64,000 bases of DNA. It comes from an uncultured Candidatus Saccharibacteria bacterium (GTDB lineage Bacteria; Patescibacteriota; Saccharimonadia; Saccharimonadales; JAGQNK01). The stretch is taken from positions 296 through 64,295 of the forward strand of contig CAZWRS010000002.1 of the NCBI GenBank assembly GCA_964636435.1. Direction: 5' to 3'. The position numbers and the translations under genes are program-made. Every line of letters begins with the position of its first letter. Position 1 is the stretch's first letter. Under the pieces are notes generated by a model, which had not been told where the DNA came from, searched no databases, and worked only from the letters and a program-made list of their open reading frames with translations. Shown here in pieces: positions 51,433 to 62,542 of the stretch.

Positions 51433-52251
51433 CTAGTTGACTGTTTTGTAGCTACCCAGGGTCGTGATACTGCACCCCTGGGCACGCAAGGCGGTGAAGA
51501 CTTCCTGCTCTAGGCGCTCGTCAAGGCGCGCCTCAAAATCGATGTAGAAAGAGTAGTGCCGCTGGTCATTGGCGATCGGATGGCTGTCGAGCTTAGACAG
51601 GTTGATATTCGCATCGGCAAACACACCCAGGGCCCGGTAGAGCGCAGCGGGCTGGTGGTTAGTCTCCAGTATGATGCTTGTCTTGGTGGCGTCAGCGGGC
51701 ACACGCGCATCGTTACCTATCAGGAAAAAGCGGGTGTAGTTGTGCGTGTCATCGTTTATGGGGCCCGCTATAATCGTGCCGCCATATAGTTCAGCCGCAT
51801 GCTTGCCGGCGATTGCCGCGAGTGGCTTATCTATATGCTGCGTAACATAACGGACGCTTTCGGCTGTGTCGTGCTTTTCTTCTATGTGGGCCTGCGGCAT
51901 GTGCTGCTCCAGCCAGAGCTCGCATTGGGCAATGGCCGGTCCCTGGGATAGGACGGTGGTGATTTCATCTACTGCCCGGTCGCGCGCAGCAATCAGGTAC
52001 TGATTGATGTGTAGGGTAGTTTCTTGGCTGACCCACAGTGCGTGCCGGGCGAGTAGTCGATAAACGGTATTAATCGAACCATGCAGGCTGTTTTCAATGG
52101 CGACCACTCCTTGGTCGGCTTGCCCACTTTTGACAGCTTCAAACACCTGCTGGAACGTATTGCAGGGTAGCAGTTCTATATCTGGGCCGAGCATCTTGGT
52201 AGCTGCCTCGTGATGGAACGAGCCGGCGATGCCCTGAATCGCTATTTTCAC
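51433..52251 (-). CDS. pheA: Prephenate dehydratase with ACT domain
   Basis: IQGIAGSFH, IENSLHGSI, NYTRF, KTSI, INLSKLDSHP. Confidence 0.9.
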   Translation of the reverse strand: MKIAIQGIAGSFHHEAATKMLGPDIELLPCNTFQQVFEAVKSGQADQGVVAIENSLHGSINTVYRLLARHALWVSQETTLHINQYLIAARDRAVDEITTVLSQGPAIAQCELWLEQHMPQAHIEEKHDTAESVRYVTQHIDKPLAAIAGKHAAELYGGTIIAGPINDDTHNYTRFFLIGNDARVPADATKTSIILETNHQPAALYRALGVFADANINLSKLDSHPIANDQRHYSFYIDFEARLDERLEQEVFTALRAQGCSITTLGSYKTVN

Positions 52252-52360
52252 CCTGACAACCCTACCACTTATAAGTCATTTTTACAATCAGCTTGTGTTC
52301 GCGTAAGCACAAAGCCTACAATTAAAATATTAGAAATCTCACAATATTCAGGAGAGGGGT

Positions 52361-53026
52361 GTGAGGAAGAATTATAACGCTGCCCGCCGAAACCGGCAGC
52401 ACTCCCGTCGGGAATTGAGAATGGCAGCTAAGTCAGAGAGCTTCGTGCCGTTTGGGGTACGGCGGCGAATGGCCTATGAGTCAGCTGCGCCGATCATTGA
52501 GGCTTTTAACGTGCTGCGAGATGATGGCGTAATTGACGAACGACTCAAACCGCGCCAGGTGCTCCATGTGACGGAAATGCCCCTGACGAGCATACAGAAA
52601 CAGGTCAGCCGCGGCATTGTGGCAGGCTACGAGCTAGGTAAACGAAGCGTCAAGGAAAAGAAGCGCATTACGTCAGCTTTTTCACATCCGATAGAGGTAA
52701 CACTCGGTGAAGCCGATCTTTTCAGGGGGCGGCATCTCGGCTATCGGGTGCATAGTGAGGAGCTTGAAGAAGAGTACCACGACATTCGGTTGTCGCTCGG
52801 TAATATCGGTATCAAGGGTACCATGCGCGACGTAGTGCCGCTTCATGTCACTTGCGGCACGGCTGATGGGCACGTCAGAAAATCAGACCTACGCAGTGCT
52901 GTCAGGGCGATGAATGAGCTGCGCAGTGAGGATCCGCTGCAACTCGGTAGCAGCGAAGAGGGAATGTTGCACGTGCCGCTTCGGGTGGTACTGGAGCCGG
53001 TCGAATTCTACCCGGGCGAGTACTGA
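52361..53026 (+). CDS. Probable 2H phosphoesterase (LigT/ThpR-like)
   Basis: Two HxT motifs (VLHVTE and PLHVTC) about 90 aa apart with PIEVTLG..F between; AGGAG SD. Confidence 0.55.
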   Translation: MRKNYNAARRNRQHSRRELRMAAKSESFVPFGVRRRMAYESAAPIIEAFNVLRDDGVIDERLKPRQVLHVTEMPLTSIQKQVSRGIVAGYELGKRSVKEKKRITSAFSHPIEVTLGEADLFRGRHLGYRVHSEELEEEYHDIRLSLGNIGIKGTMRDVVPLHVTCGTADGHVRKSDLRSAVRAMNELRSEDPLQLGSSEEGMLHVPLRVVLEPVEFYPGEY

Positions 53027-53101
53027 TTATCTCCCCACCGGCGCAGTGGAAAAAGTGCTGAAATTTTGCTATAATTCCTAGCCGTTCTAGAGAGTGAGGA
53101 A

Positions 53102-55918
53102 TTGATGAGCGAAAAGATTGTCGTTAAGGGTGCGCGCGAGCACAACCTGAAGAATATTGACGTCGAGCTGCCCCGCAATAAATTGGTGGTGATTACTGGC
53201 CTGTCTGGCTCCGGTAAGTCATCGCTGGCGTTTGACACGATTTATGCCGAAGGTCAGCGGCGCTATGTCGAGTCGCTGAGTGCCTACGCCCGTCAGTTCC
53301 TCGGGCTCATGGAGAAGCCGGATGTCGATCAGATAGATGGCTTAAGCCCGGCTATATCTATTGACCAGAAATCCACCAGTCGTAACCCACGCAGTACGGT
53401 AGCGACGGTGACTGAGATTTATGACTATTTGCGCCTGCTGTTTGCCCGGATTGGTATTCCGCACTGTCCCATCTGTGGCCGGCCGGTGGAGCGCCAGACG
53501 ACCCAGGCTATCGTTGACCAAGTCGCCGCTCTGCCCGAAAAGGCCCGGCTGATGATTCTGGCGCCGGTAGTCGTAGACAAGAAGGGGGCTTTCGAGCATA
53601 TCCCCGAGCAGTATCAGCGCGCCGGCTTTGCCCGGGCCCGTGTCGACGGCGTCGTGTATGCGTTGGATGAATTTCCCGAACTGGATAAGAATTATAAGCA
53701 CAGTATCGAGATTGTCGTTGACCGGCTGGTGAATGACGAGGATAGCCGCGGCCGATTGGCCCAGAGTGTCGAGCAGGCCATTGAGATTGCTGACGGTAAG
53801 CTGAAGGTCGTCAATGCCGATAGCGAGGAAACGTTCAATTACAGCCTGATGTATGCCTGCATCGAGCATCCCGACGTGGTCATTCCCGAACTTGAACCGC
53901 GAACGTTTAGCTTTAACAGCCCTCACGGTGCCTGTCCGGTCTGTACCGGCTTGGGTTCGCGGCTCGAGGTTGATCCTGAGCTGGTTATTCCTAACGGCCG
54001 CTTGACGATTGCCGAAGGGGCAATCCGCCCATTTAACCGTATCAATACCGATGCCTGGTACACCAAAAAGATACAGGCAGTGGCGGATCGCTACGGCTTT
54101 TCGCTGCACGTACCGACCGGTGAGCTGAAAAAAGACCAGCTGGATAAGATCTTGTACGGCACGGGTAACGAGAAATATAAGGTTTCACTCGGTATTGGCC
54201 GCACCTTTGAGACGACCTATGAAGGCGTCATCCCCAACCTCGAGCGCCGGCACAAAGAAACTGAGAGTGATTTTATGCGGCGTGATATTGAACGATTCAT
54301 GCGCGAGCGGCCGTGTCATGTCTGTGAGGGGCGTCGGTTACGGCCAGAAGTGCTGGCCGTAACAGTCGCGGAGCATTCCATCATGGATATTTGCGAGCTT
54401 TCTATTGACGAGGCGGTTCGGTTTTTTAATACCATCAAGCTGACTGACAAAGAGTCGCAGATTGCGCAGCAGGTCATCAAAGAGATTTGCGCCCGATTAA
54501 AGTTCATGCAGGACGTCGGCTTGAATTACCTGAATCTGCTGCGCAGTGCCGCGACGCTGTCCGGCGGTGAGGCCCAGCGTATCCGGCTGGCGACCCAGAT
54601 TGGCTCCGGCCTGCAGGGTGTGCTGTACGTGCTCGATGAGCCGAGTATTGGTTTGCATCAGCGCGATAACGAACGACTGATCAGCACCCTCAAGCACCTC
54701 CGCGATTTGGGCAATACGGTGATTGTCGTTGAGCACGACGAAGATACCATCCGTACCGCTGACTACCTTCTGGACATTGGTCCGGGTGCTGGCATCCACG
54801 GCGGCAAGGTGGTGGCTGCCGGTGCACCGCGTGAGGTTGCCTCAGTTGAAAAAAGCATCACCGGCAAGTACTTAAATGGAGTCAAGGAGATACCGAAGCC
54901 GAAGAAGCGCCGTAAAGGCAACGGCAAAGCCCTATTCGTCAAAGGTGCCAAGGAAAATAACCTCAAAAACGTGGATGTCAATATTCCGCTCGGTCAGCTG
55001 GTGGTGGTCAGCGGCGTATCCGGCTCTGGCAAGTCCAGCCTCATTAACGATATCCTGGCCAAAGAGCTGTCAGCTCGTTTGATGCGTGCCAATACGGTGC
55101 CGGGCCGTCATGAAGATATTGAGGGCATTGAGCACCTCGACAAGGCGATCATTATTGACCAGTCACCGATTGGCCGCACGCCGCGCTCTAATCCAGCGAC
55201 TTACACCGGCTTATTCACGCCGATTCGCGAACTGTTTGCCAGCACGCCGGAGGCGAAGCTACGTGGCTACGGTCCGGGCCGTTTTAGCTTTAACGTGCGT
55301 GGTGGGCGGTGTGAGAACTGTGCCGGTGACGGTATTATTAAGATTGAAATGCACTTCCTGCCGGATGTGTATGTACCGTGTGAAGTGTGTAAGGGTAAGC
55401 GCTACAACCGTGAAGCGCTGGAGATCCACTACAAGGGCAAGACGATTAGCGACGTACTCGATATGACCTGCGAGCAGGCGCTAGGCTTCTTTGAGAATAT
55501 TCCTTCAATTGCGAAAAAGTTGCAAACACTTGTGGACGTGGGCTTGGGCTACATTAAGCTCGGTCAGCCAGCGACGACGCTCTCCGGCGGCGAGGCGCAG
55601 CGCGTCAAGCTCGCCACCGAGCTATCGCGGCGGGCCACCGGACGAACGTTGTACATCTTAGATGAACCGACGACCGGCCTGCATATGGATGATGTGAACC
55701 GGCTGCTCGGGGTGCTGCATGCCCTGGTCGATACCGGTAACAGCATGGTCATCATTGAGCATAACCTGGATGTGATCAAAAATGCCGACTGGGTAATCGA
55801 TATGGGTCCTGAAGGTGGCTCTGGCGGTGGTCAGGTGGTAGCTGAAGGCTCCCCGGAGCAGATTGCTAAAAGTAGCGATTCGCACACCGGTAAGTTTCTA
55901 GCAAAGATGCTGAAGTGA
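53102..55918 (+). CDS. uvrA: Excinuclease ABC subunit A
   Basis: GLSGSGKSS, two LSGGEAQR, Zn fingers; start 53102 or 53105. Confidence 0.98.
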   Translation: MMSEKIVVKGAREHNLKNIDVELPRNKLVVITGLSGSGKSSLAFDTIYAEGQRRYVESLSAYARQFLGLMEKPDVDQIDGLSPAISIDQKSTSRNPRSTVATVTEIYDYLRLLFARIGIPHCPICGRPVERQTTQAIVDQVAALPEKARLMILAPVVVDKKGAFEHIPEQYQRAGFARARVDGVVYALDEFPELDKNYKHSIEIVVDRLVNDEDSRGRLAQSVEQAIEIADGKLKVVNADSEETFNYSLMYACIEHPDVVIPELEPRTFSFNSPHGACPVCTGLGSRLEVDPELVIPNGRLTIAEGAIRPFNRINTDAWYTKKIQAVADRYGFSLHVPTGELKKDQLDKILYGTGNEKYKVSLGIGRTFETTYEGVIPNLERRHKETESDFMRRDIERFMRERPCHVCEGRRLRPEVLAVTVAEHSIMDICELSIDEAVRFFNTIKLTDKESQIAQQVIKEICARLKFMQDVGLNYLNLLRSAATLSGGEAQRIRLATQIGSGLQGVLYVLDEPSIGLHQRDNERLISTLKHLRDLGNTVIVVEHDEDTIRTADYLLDIGPGAGIHGGKVVAAGAPREVASVEKSITGKYLNGVKEIPKPKKRRKGNGKALFVKGAKENNLKNVDVNIPLGQLVVVSGVSGSGKSSLINDILAKELSARLMRANTVPGRHEDIEGIEHLDKAIIIDQSPIGRTPRSNPATYTGLFTPIRELFASTPEAKLRGYGPGRFSFNVRGGRCENCAGDGIIKIEMHFLPDVYVPCEVCKGKRYNREALEIHYKGKTISDVLDMTCEQALGFFENIPSIAKKLQTLVDVGLGYIKLGQPATTLSGGEAQRVKLATELSRRATGRTLYILDEPTTGLHMDDVNRLLGVLHALVDTGNSMVIIEHNLDVIKNADWVIDMGPEGGSGGGQVVAEGSPEQIAKSSDSHTGKFLAKMLK

Positions 55919-56397
55919 TGGCTGACCCGCAACGATCCTTTGAGGCCCACCGACGAAGCGCAATCGTGCTGGCACGTGATAACTTGGCAGAGGTAGCCTT
56001 ATTCAGGCTGCAGACCAGGCACCACGAAACTGATCTGGCAAACACGTGGCACTTGGTGGGCAACCTGGTTATCGCTGCATGTGCGGCGGCCGAAACCGAT
56101 GAGCCGCCCGCCAGGTTGGCGGCTGATGCGCTGGCTACGGTGGGAGCGGACGCGGAGCGCAGCCAGCATAACTTCCAGCAGCTCCTAACCCGGAGCGTCC
56201 GACGTGAAATATTTGCACTTCAGCATATCCCAAGTGGCGCTCCGGAAATTCATGAAACGGCGCATAGCCGGGAGTTACGGGTGGCTGAATTTATCCGTCA
56301 GGCACACATGCTAAAACCGGACGCACCAGAGCCAGTCGGCCCCGCGGGTAGCGGCAAGCTGCTGTTTTTAGGTACTTACCAGCGGCGGGTGACGTAA
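55915..56397 (+). CDS. Hypothetical protein
   Basis: 160 aa ORF overlapping the uvrA stop (GTGATG). Confidence 0.5.
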   Translation: MMADPQRSFEAHRRSAIVLARDNLAEVALFRLQTRHHETDLANTWHLVGNLVIAACAAAETDEPPARLAADALATVGADAERSQHNFQQLLTRSVRREIFALQHIPSGAPEIHETAHSRELRVAEFIRQAHMLKPDAPEPVGPAGSGKLLFLGTYQRRVT

Positions 56398-56407
56398 AGG
56401 GAGCTGC

Positions 56408-57082
56408 TTAGTCAATCCGCTTATTGAGGCCGATGTACCGCAAGATGCGCTTGATATTGGTATCAATTAACGTGAAGAGCTTCTGCCGGGATACCGGATC
56501 GCGCAGGATTGGCACGAGCGGTGGGATAAAGGTAGCGACCAGGGCAACCAGTACGATCGGGCCGAGGTAGGCATCGAGATTCGGAATCCGGCTGCCGAAA
56601 AAGTAGCCGAGCATCGGTACGCCGATACCCCAGATGAGGGCGCCCAGTACGTTATAGAACATGAAGCGTTTGCGGTCCATTTTGGCAACGCCAGCTATCA
56701 TGGGGGCAAATGTCCGGACAACTGGCACAAAGCGGGCGAGGGTGACAGTTTTGCCGCCGTGTGTTTTGTAGAAGCCCTCAGCCCGCTGGATATGATCTTT
56801 GCGGAAAAAGAGTCCGTCGTCTTTCCTGAATAGTCGCGGCCCGGCCCGTCGACCAATTGTGTAGCCGACGTTGTCACCGAGGATGGCGCCGATGACGATT
56901 GACACAATGAGCCACTCAATAGGCAACAGACCTTGAGCGGCGAAGAAGCCAGACATGAAGAGCAGGGTATCTCCGCCCGGCAGAAGAATACCGATGAGCA
57001 GGGCGGATTCGGCGAAAATTATGCCGCCGATGAGTAGTGCACCGCCGGTCTGAACGATTTTTTCTGGGGAAATACCTATCAT
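56408..57082 (-). CDS. DedA/VTT family membrane protein
   Basis: FAES..LPGGDTLL, GDNVGY, HGGKTVTLARFVPVVRT. Confidence 0.92.
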   Translation of the reverse strand: MIGISPEKIVQTGGALLIGGIIFAESALLIGILLPGGDTLLFMSGFFAAQGLLPIEWLIVSIVIGAILGDNVGYTIGRRAGPRLFRKDDGLFFRKDHIQRAEGFYKTHGGKTVTLARFVPVVRTFAPMIAGVAKMDRKRFMFYNVLGALIWGIGVPMLGYFFGSRIPNLDAYLGPIVLVALVATFIPPLVPILRDPVSRQKLFTLIDTNIKRILRYIGLNKRID

Positions 57083-57191
57083 TTGCTTTTGCAATTCTAA
57101 CACAGGCGAGTCCCGGTGTCTCCCTATGCTGGTATTTGGTATACTAGGTGTACGCTAGATAAGACTGCTAACTCGGAGGGAGAAGCGATTC

Positions 57192-57875
57192 ATGGCAAAT
57201 GACACCATAGGGGTGGAACTTAATAAACGCGACGTCATCGGTAAGGGGCTGGGCAAATTACGCGCCCAGGGGCTGGTGCCGGCAGTAGTGCACAACCACG
57301 GCAAAGATTCACTGCATGTGATGGGTGATTTTTTGCGGCTCACGAAGGTGTACGAGCAAGCCGGTAAGCACCACCCGGTCGAGTTGAGCGTGGATGGCAA
57401 ACCGCAGCTCGCCCTCATTAAAGATGCTGACTTTGACCCGCGCAAGCACCAGCTGCGTCACGTTGTTTTCCAGGCAATCAAACAGAATGAAAAAACGACT
57501 GCCGAAATTCCGGTCGTGCTGGCAGGTGAAGAAATTCCAGCTGAAAAGAAGAGCTTACTGGTATTGCCGCAGCTTGATGTGGTAGAGGTCGAAGCGCTGC
57601 CACGTGATCTGCCGAGTGAACTGCCGGTGGATGCCACTAAACTGGAGGATGTTGGTGACCGGTTGCACGTGTCGGACATCCAGGCGCCAAAGGGCGTGAC
57701 CATCCTGACCGATCCCGATGCTTCATTGGCGGTCGTAGAGATGCCGAAAGATCAGATTGCCGAGGCAGACGCTGCTGCAGCCGCCCTGGCGGAGGATCAA
57801 GAGGCAGCACCTGCCGAAGAACAGCCCGCTGAGGAAGCTGCTGAGCCAGCTGAAGAACAGCCAGCCGAAAAATAG
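57192..57875 (+). CDS. rplY: 50S ribosomal protein L25/Ctc
   Basis: GKGLGKLRAQGLVPAVV, HVVF, VEALPRDLP, acidic tail. Confidence 0.93.
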   Translation: MANDTIGVELNKRDVIGKGLGKLRAQGLVPAVVHNHGKDSLHVMGDFLRLTKVYEQAGKHHPVELSVDGKPQLALIKDADFDPRKHQLRHVVFQAIKQNEKTTAEIPVVLAGEEIPAEKKSLLVLPQLDVVEVEALPRDLPSELPVDATKLEDVGDRLHVSDIQAPKGVTILTDPDASLAVVEMPKDQIAEADAAAAALAEDQEAAPAEEQPAEEAAEPAEEQPAEK

Positions 57876-57901
57876 CTAGCCTAGACAGCAAACGTCTTTT
57901 G

Positions 57902-57940
57902 ACCCACACCAGCCATAATGGGTAGCTGGTGTGGGTTTTT
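57902..57940 (+). terminator. Intrinsic terminator after rplY
   Basis: ACCCACACCAGC / GCTGGTGTGGGT stem + TTTT. Confidence 0.85.
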
Positions 57941-57969
57941 GCTGTCGTCTGGCGTAAAATGTGGCCATA

Positions 57970-59679
57970 ATGGAACGCAATCCCTTTGATAACCTGCCAG
58001 ACGACGAACACCCGGCTGATAGTTCCGAAAGTTCTAAAGCAGCTAAAAAGAAAAAGAAGCGTTTATTACCGGAGACGGAGGTGAAGAATCCGGACCAGAA
58101 GCGGCAAGCGTCAGAAGATGATGGTACGCGGCATGAAGTGCGGGGGCGTAGACTAGATCTCTCTTCGCTGCTTGAGGCAAACAAGCATCAGGATGAGGCA
58201 GTTACTGACAGTGTCGAAGGACACGACGAAGCACAGCCTGAAGTAGCGCAAAACCCGGAAGATTTATCTGAGGAAGAGCTGCAGCTCGTCGCGCAGCAGA
58301 TTATCGAAGACCACGGCAGGCAGCTACAGGAAGAACTGGCGTCAGTTGAGTCGGACAGTCCGAAAGCGGCCGAAGTCCTTGGGGATGCGTATTTTATTGA
58401 GAGCCTGGCGGAGGAAGTCGACCAGGGCAAGAAGATAGATGACGAGCTGCTTGATGAGCTTGTTGATAGTGTCGCGCGTGAATTTGCGAGCGAGCGAGCT
58501 GAGCACGCGACTGCAGAGGAAGTCGTGACTGAGGATGGTGAGACGGCTGATGATGAGCCTGCTGCTATCGCCCTCAGGGCAGCAGCTGCCGCCCCGCCTA
58601 CTGTGCCACCGCCACCTCCGCCACCACCACGGACGCCAGGTCCCTCAGCACCGACGCCAGGACCAGGGGGGAGCGGCCCCGTACCTGCTCGTACTTTCAC
58701 TGGTGCGATGCCCGCAGGTCCCGCTACAAGCCCGCGATTGCCGCATACCCGTTCGGCGGCGCACGAAACTGTTCGCACCCGGTATAGGGGGGCTGACCTG
58801 CTAGTTGGTGGTATTGTCGGTTACTTGATTGGTCGTCGGCGTGGGCGTATTAGGACCGAGGCCCGACTCATGCCTATCCAGCAGTCACTGGAAAAGCAGG
58901 TGAGAGATCTGGATGAAAAGATTAGCAGCAGAGAAAAAGTCATCCGTTCAATGGTTGCTGAAAAGATAGCTCGGGGCAGCGAAGATATGCGCCGCTCGGT
59001 AGCCGAGAAGGTCGAGGCAAAAACCCGGGCAAAGGAAGAGGCCAGGCGCCGATCAGGTGAGGCGCGCAGCGTCCGGCCGGCACAACCGGAGCAGGCCGAT
59101 AAAGTATACGACGAAGCGGTTATATCTGAGCGCACAGCGGCATCACTGCATGTTCATCGCCATGACAGGTTAGCGAGTGCCGTCATAGCGCAGACCGAGG
59201 TCCGTCCGGCTCTCACCAAGGAGGCGGTGAACCGCATGTCAGATAGTGAGCTACTTAAAATTGCCGCAACGATTGAGGCTGATGGCCAGAATGCTCAGCA
59301 GTTGTACGAACAGGGTCGGCTAAGTCGGGAGGACCTCCAGGCAGTCGTGACCGAGCAGTTGATTGGTCAGGGCCGAGTGGAGCGGTTACTACGCGAACGC
59401 CAGCGACCGGTTGAGCAGGCGGTCGGTACGCGTGAGCAACTTGTGCAGCAGTCGGACGTAGGACAGGCTGCGCAGACGCATACCGTAAGCAGCGCTCCCG
59501 TGCCAGATTCACTGCCTGTGGCGAGCTCATCGCCAGGCACGGATGTTGCGGCAGCTTCTGATGCGCTAATCGCGGAGCATGCTGCCCGTGAGCGGCGGAC
59601 CGGGGGTAGTTACAGCTACGTCTGGATTATCGTGGGCATTGTGGCTGCATTGTTCATCTTGAGCTTGCTACTGCTCTAG
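57970..59679 (+). CDS. Hypothetical protein: acidic N-region, poly-Pro, Gly-rich hydrophobic segment, coiled coil, C-terminal TM
   Basis: About 570 aa ORF; LLVGGIVGYLIGRRRGR; C-terminal YVWIIVGIVAALFILSLLLL. Confidence 0.75.
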   Translation: MERNPFDNLPDDEHPADSSESSKAAKKKKKRLLPETEVKNPDQKRQASEDDGTRHEVRGRRLDLSSLLEANKHQDEAVTDSVEGHDEAQPEVAQNPEDLSEEELQLVAQQIIEDHGRQLQEELASVESDSPKAAEVLGDAYFIESLAEEVDQGKKIDDELLDELVDSVAREFASERAEHATAEEVVTEDGETADDEPAAIALRAAAAAPPTVPPPPPPPPRTPGPSAPTPGPGGSGPVPARTFTGAMPAGPATSPRLPHTRSAAHETVRTRYRGADLLVGGIVGYLIGRRRGRIRTEARLMPIQQSLEKQVRDLDEKISSREKVIRSMVAEKIARGSEDMRRSVAEKVEAKTRAKEEARRRSGEARSVRPAQPEQADKVYDEAVISERTAASLHVHRHDRLASAVIAQTEVRPALTKEAVNRMSDSELLKIAATIEADGQNAQQLYEQGRLSREDLQAVVTEQLIGQGRVERLLRERQRPVEQAVGTREQLVQQSDVGQAAQTHTVSSAPVPDSLPVASSSPGTDVAAASDALIAEHAARERRTGGSYSYVWIIVGIVAALFILSLLLL

Positions 59680-61422
59680 GAAGCCGCCTGATTGATGGTT
59701 CCACAAGCTGGCATAAATGCCACCTTGTCGCAGTAACTCTTTATGGGATCCTTCTTCGACGATCTGCCCCTTGTCCATGACCAGGATGCGGTCCATCTGT
59801 TGGATGGTGCTTAAGCGGTGGGCAATGACGATAGCAGTGCGTCCTTCCATGAGCTTCCATAGTGCGTCTTGGATTAAGACCTCGCTCTCTGAATCCAGGG
59901 CGGACGTTGCTTCGTCCAGCACCAGTATGGGTGCGTTTTTCAGCATCGCCCGGGCAATGGCGACACGCTGGCGCTGGCCGCCAGATAGCTTGACGCCGCG
60001 TTCGCCAACGAGCGTATCGTACTTGTCTGGCAACGCTGCAATGAACTCGTGGGCGTGGGCCATTTTGGCAATGGCTGTTATCTGCCGCTTGGTTGCGTCC
60101 TTGGTGCCGTACGCTATGTTTTCGGCAATTGTTCGGTGAAACAGCATTGGCTCCTGCGGCACGTAAGCGATGTGTTTTCGAAGATCGGCCTGTCGTAGTT
60201 GCGTGATATTCTGGCCATCAATAAGTATTTCGCCGGACTGGATATCAGTGAAGCGCATGAGGAGCTTCGTGACTGTAGTTTTACCACCGCCGCTATGACC
60301 TACGAGGCCTACCTTCTCACCAGGCTTGATCCGTAAGTTCATGTTGCGAAACAGTGGCGCCTCCTTTTTATCGGCGTAGGCAAACGTAACATCCTTGAAT
60401 TCTATCTTGCCGTGTACGATCCGAGGCTTTTCTGGCACGGCCGGATCTGTAATGTCAGTATCCATATTCAGAATTGCAACCATATCGTACGCATCACCCA
60501 TGACTCGGTTGTAGTTACGCATAATATTATTCATCTCCCACAGTTGGCGAGCGATGGTGAACGTATAGGTTACGGCCAGGTAGACGGTAGCTATCGAGAT
60601 GATGTTGTGTTCTGCGGCCCAGACAGCAGCAATGAGTGCGGTTGTGTTCAGTAGGGCGATGAGGCCAGAATAGCCACTGCTGACAAGCAAAAAACCGCGC
60701 ATGGTATTGAGGCTTTTTTCGCGCCAAGTCCTAGTTTGTAGCGTAAGGCCCTCCAGCTCACGGGCTTCGCTGCCATGCGATTTGACAGCCATTATATTCG
60801 TGACTACATCGGCAACATAGCCAGTTACCGCTGTACTAGCCTGCGATTCTTGTTTACTGAGATCGGCCATGTGCCGTGAGCCAAAGTATACGATTAGGAT
60901 AAAAATGACAGCAATTATCAGTAGTACTACAGCATATTGCCAGAAGACAAAGCTTAGTATACTGACCGCTGCGATGATGCTAGTGATAGACGGGGTTAGT
61001 TGGAATATGACCGTATCCCAAAACCGCTCAAAGGCGCTAGTTAGCTTATTGGTCTGTGACACAAGAGAGCCGCCAAATCGGTTGGCGTGAAAGTTCATAC
61101 TATGACTAGTAAGTTTAGTGAAGATCTTTTGATACAAATCTCGTTGAGCTGCAGTTTCAAATGTCCAAGCGAGATAGAGATTGATACGCCAGCCAATAAG
61201 CTCACCCCATAGCTGCGCAAGTATATACAGTGCAATAAGCGTCCAGCTACTAGATAAAGTAATTGAACCTGCTTGTAGCTGCTCCAAGATCCGAGAAATA
61301 ATAAAAGGACCAGCAAATGCACTAGCCGTAACAGCGAGTGCTGCACCGATAATTGCACCAAGCACGCGCATGCGATAACGCATGGCGGTGCGCCAGAATA
61401 GTCGCAAAGTTTCCTTTTGCAC
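59668..61422 (-). CDS. ABC exporter, fused permease/ATPase
   Basis: GHSGGGKT, LSGGQRQR, LVLDEATSALD, IAHRLS; GTG start inferred from GAGGA SD. Confidence 0.93.
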   Translation of the reverse strand: MQKETLRLFWRTAMRYRMRVLGAIIGAALAVTASAFAGPFIISRILEQLQAGSITLSSSWTLIALYILAQLWGELIGWRINLYLAWTFETAAQRDLYQKIFTKLTSHSMNFHANRFGGSLVSQTNKLTSAFERFWDTVIFQLTPSITSIIAAVSILSFVFWQYAVVLLIIAVIFILIVYFGSRHMADLSKQESQASTAVTGYVADVVTNIMAVKSHGSEARELEGLTLQTRTWREKSLNTMRGFLLVSSGYSGLIALLNTTALIAAVWAAEHNIISIATVYLAVTYTFTIARQLWEMNNIMRNYNRVMGDAYDMVAILNMDTDITDPAVPEKPRIVHGKIEFKDVTFAYADKKEAPLFRNMNLRIKPGEKVGLVGHSGGGKTTVTKLLMRFTDIQSGEILIDGQNITQLRQADLRKHIAYVPQEPMLFHRTIAENIAYGTKDATKRQITAIAKMAHAHEFIAALPDKYDTLVGERGVKLSGGQRQRVAIARAMLKNAPILVLDEATSALDSESEVLIQDALWKLMEGRTAIVIAHRLSTIQQMDRILVMDKGQIVEEGSHKELLRQGGIYASLWNHQSGGFLEQ

Positions 61423-61566
61423 AACAAGTTCCTCGTAAGAGTTAATATTTTTATTTGACGCTATAGGATCGGCACGTCCGATCGTTGGCGTATTTAGAGG
61501 ATTGGGCTTACAAAAAGAATGAGCCAATCATAATAATCAAACCATAATACGGTATAATGTACGTCG

Positions 61567-62457
61567 ATGCAAAAAGTTATTCTCTATTACAAATTCGTGC
61601 CGGTGAAAGATCCGGAGATGACCATGCGCTGGCAACGTGAGTTGTGTACGCGCCTGAACCTTAAGGGCCGGGTTCTAATATCTGATCACGGCATTAATGG
61701 TACGCTCGGTGGCGACCTAGAAGACTTGAAGCGCTACAAGCGGGAGATGAACAAATCTGTTGTGTTTAAGGGCATTGTTTATAAGTGGAGTGATGGCACC
61801 GGTGAGGAGTTCCCGAAGCTTAAAATCAAGGTTAAGCCGGAGCTGGTCGCGCTCAATGCGGCTGACGAGATAATTGTGTCTGAAAAGGGTATCGAAAACG
61901 GTGGCAAGCACTTGAGGCCGAAAGACGTGCATAAGCTCCTTAAAGAGCGCGGTGACGAAGTCGTATTCTTTGATGGCCGGAACAAGTACGAGGCTGCTAT
62001 CGGTAAGTTTAAGGGCGCAATTGTACCGGATGTCGATACGTCACATGATTTTGCTAAAGAGCTCGAAGATCCGAAGTACGAGGCGATTAAGGACAAGCCG
62101 ATCGTCACCTACTGTACGGGCGGCGTGCGCTGTGAGGTAATTAGCGCCATGATGAAGAACCGTGGCTTCAAAGAGGTGTACCAGATAGATGGCGGTATTG
62201 TGAAGTATGGGGAGACGTACGGTGATGACGGCCAGTGGGAAGGCAAGTTGCATATCTTCGATGACCGTATGCAGATGCAGTTTAGTGACAAGGCCAAGGA
62301 TATAGGCGCCTGTACGCACTGCGACGGCCCAACCAGCCGGTATATAAACTGCGATAATGTTGCATGCAACAGATTGGTCCTTGTCTGCAGAAATTGCGAC
62401 AAAAAATCAAAATGCGAAAAGTGTATTAGCGAAAGACTATTGACAAAAAAGCAATAA
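61567..62457 (+). CDS. trhO: Rhodanese-related tRNA uridine(34) hydroxylase TrhO/YceA family
   Basis: GINGT, DGRNKYE..IGKF, YCTGGVRCE, GGIVKY, Cys-rich tail. Confidence 0.88.
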   Translation: MQKVILYYKFVPVKDPEMTMRWQRELCTRLNLKGRVLISDHGINGTLGGDLEDLKRYKREMNKSVVFKGIVYKWSDGTGEEFPKLKIKVKPELVALNAADEIIVSEKGIENGGKHLRPKDVHKLLKERGDEVVFFDGRNKYEAAIGKFKGAIVPDVDTSHDFAKELEDPKYEAIKDKPIVTYCTGGVRCEVISAMMKNRGFKEVYQIDGGIVKYGETYGDDGQWEGKLHIFDDRMQMQFSDKAKDIGACTHCDGPTSRYINCDNVACNRLVLVCRNCDKKSKCEKCISERLLTKKQ

Positions 62458-62468
62458 TCATGTAGTAT
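62440..62468 (+). promoter_or_regulatory. Sigma70-type promoter
   Basis: TTGACA-N17-TAGTAT. Confidence 0.7.
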
Positions 62469-62542
62469 GTAGCACCTGACTCGATATCGCCTATGTTACC
62501 CCGCGTAACAGGGTGGGCACGAGTGGAGAGGTGTTATATATC

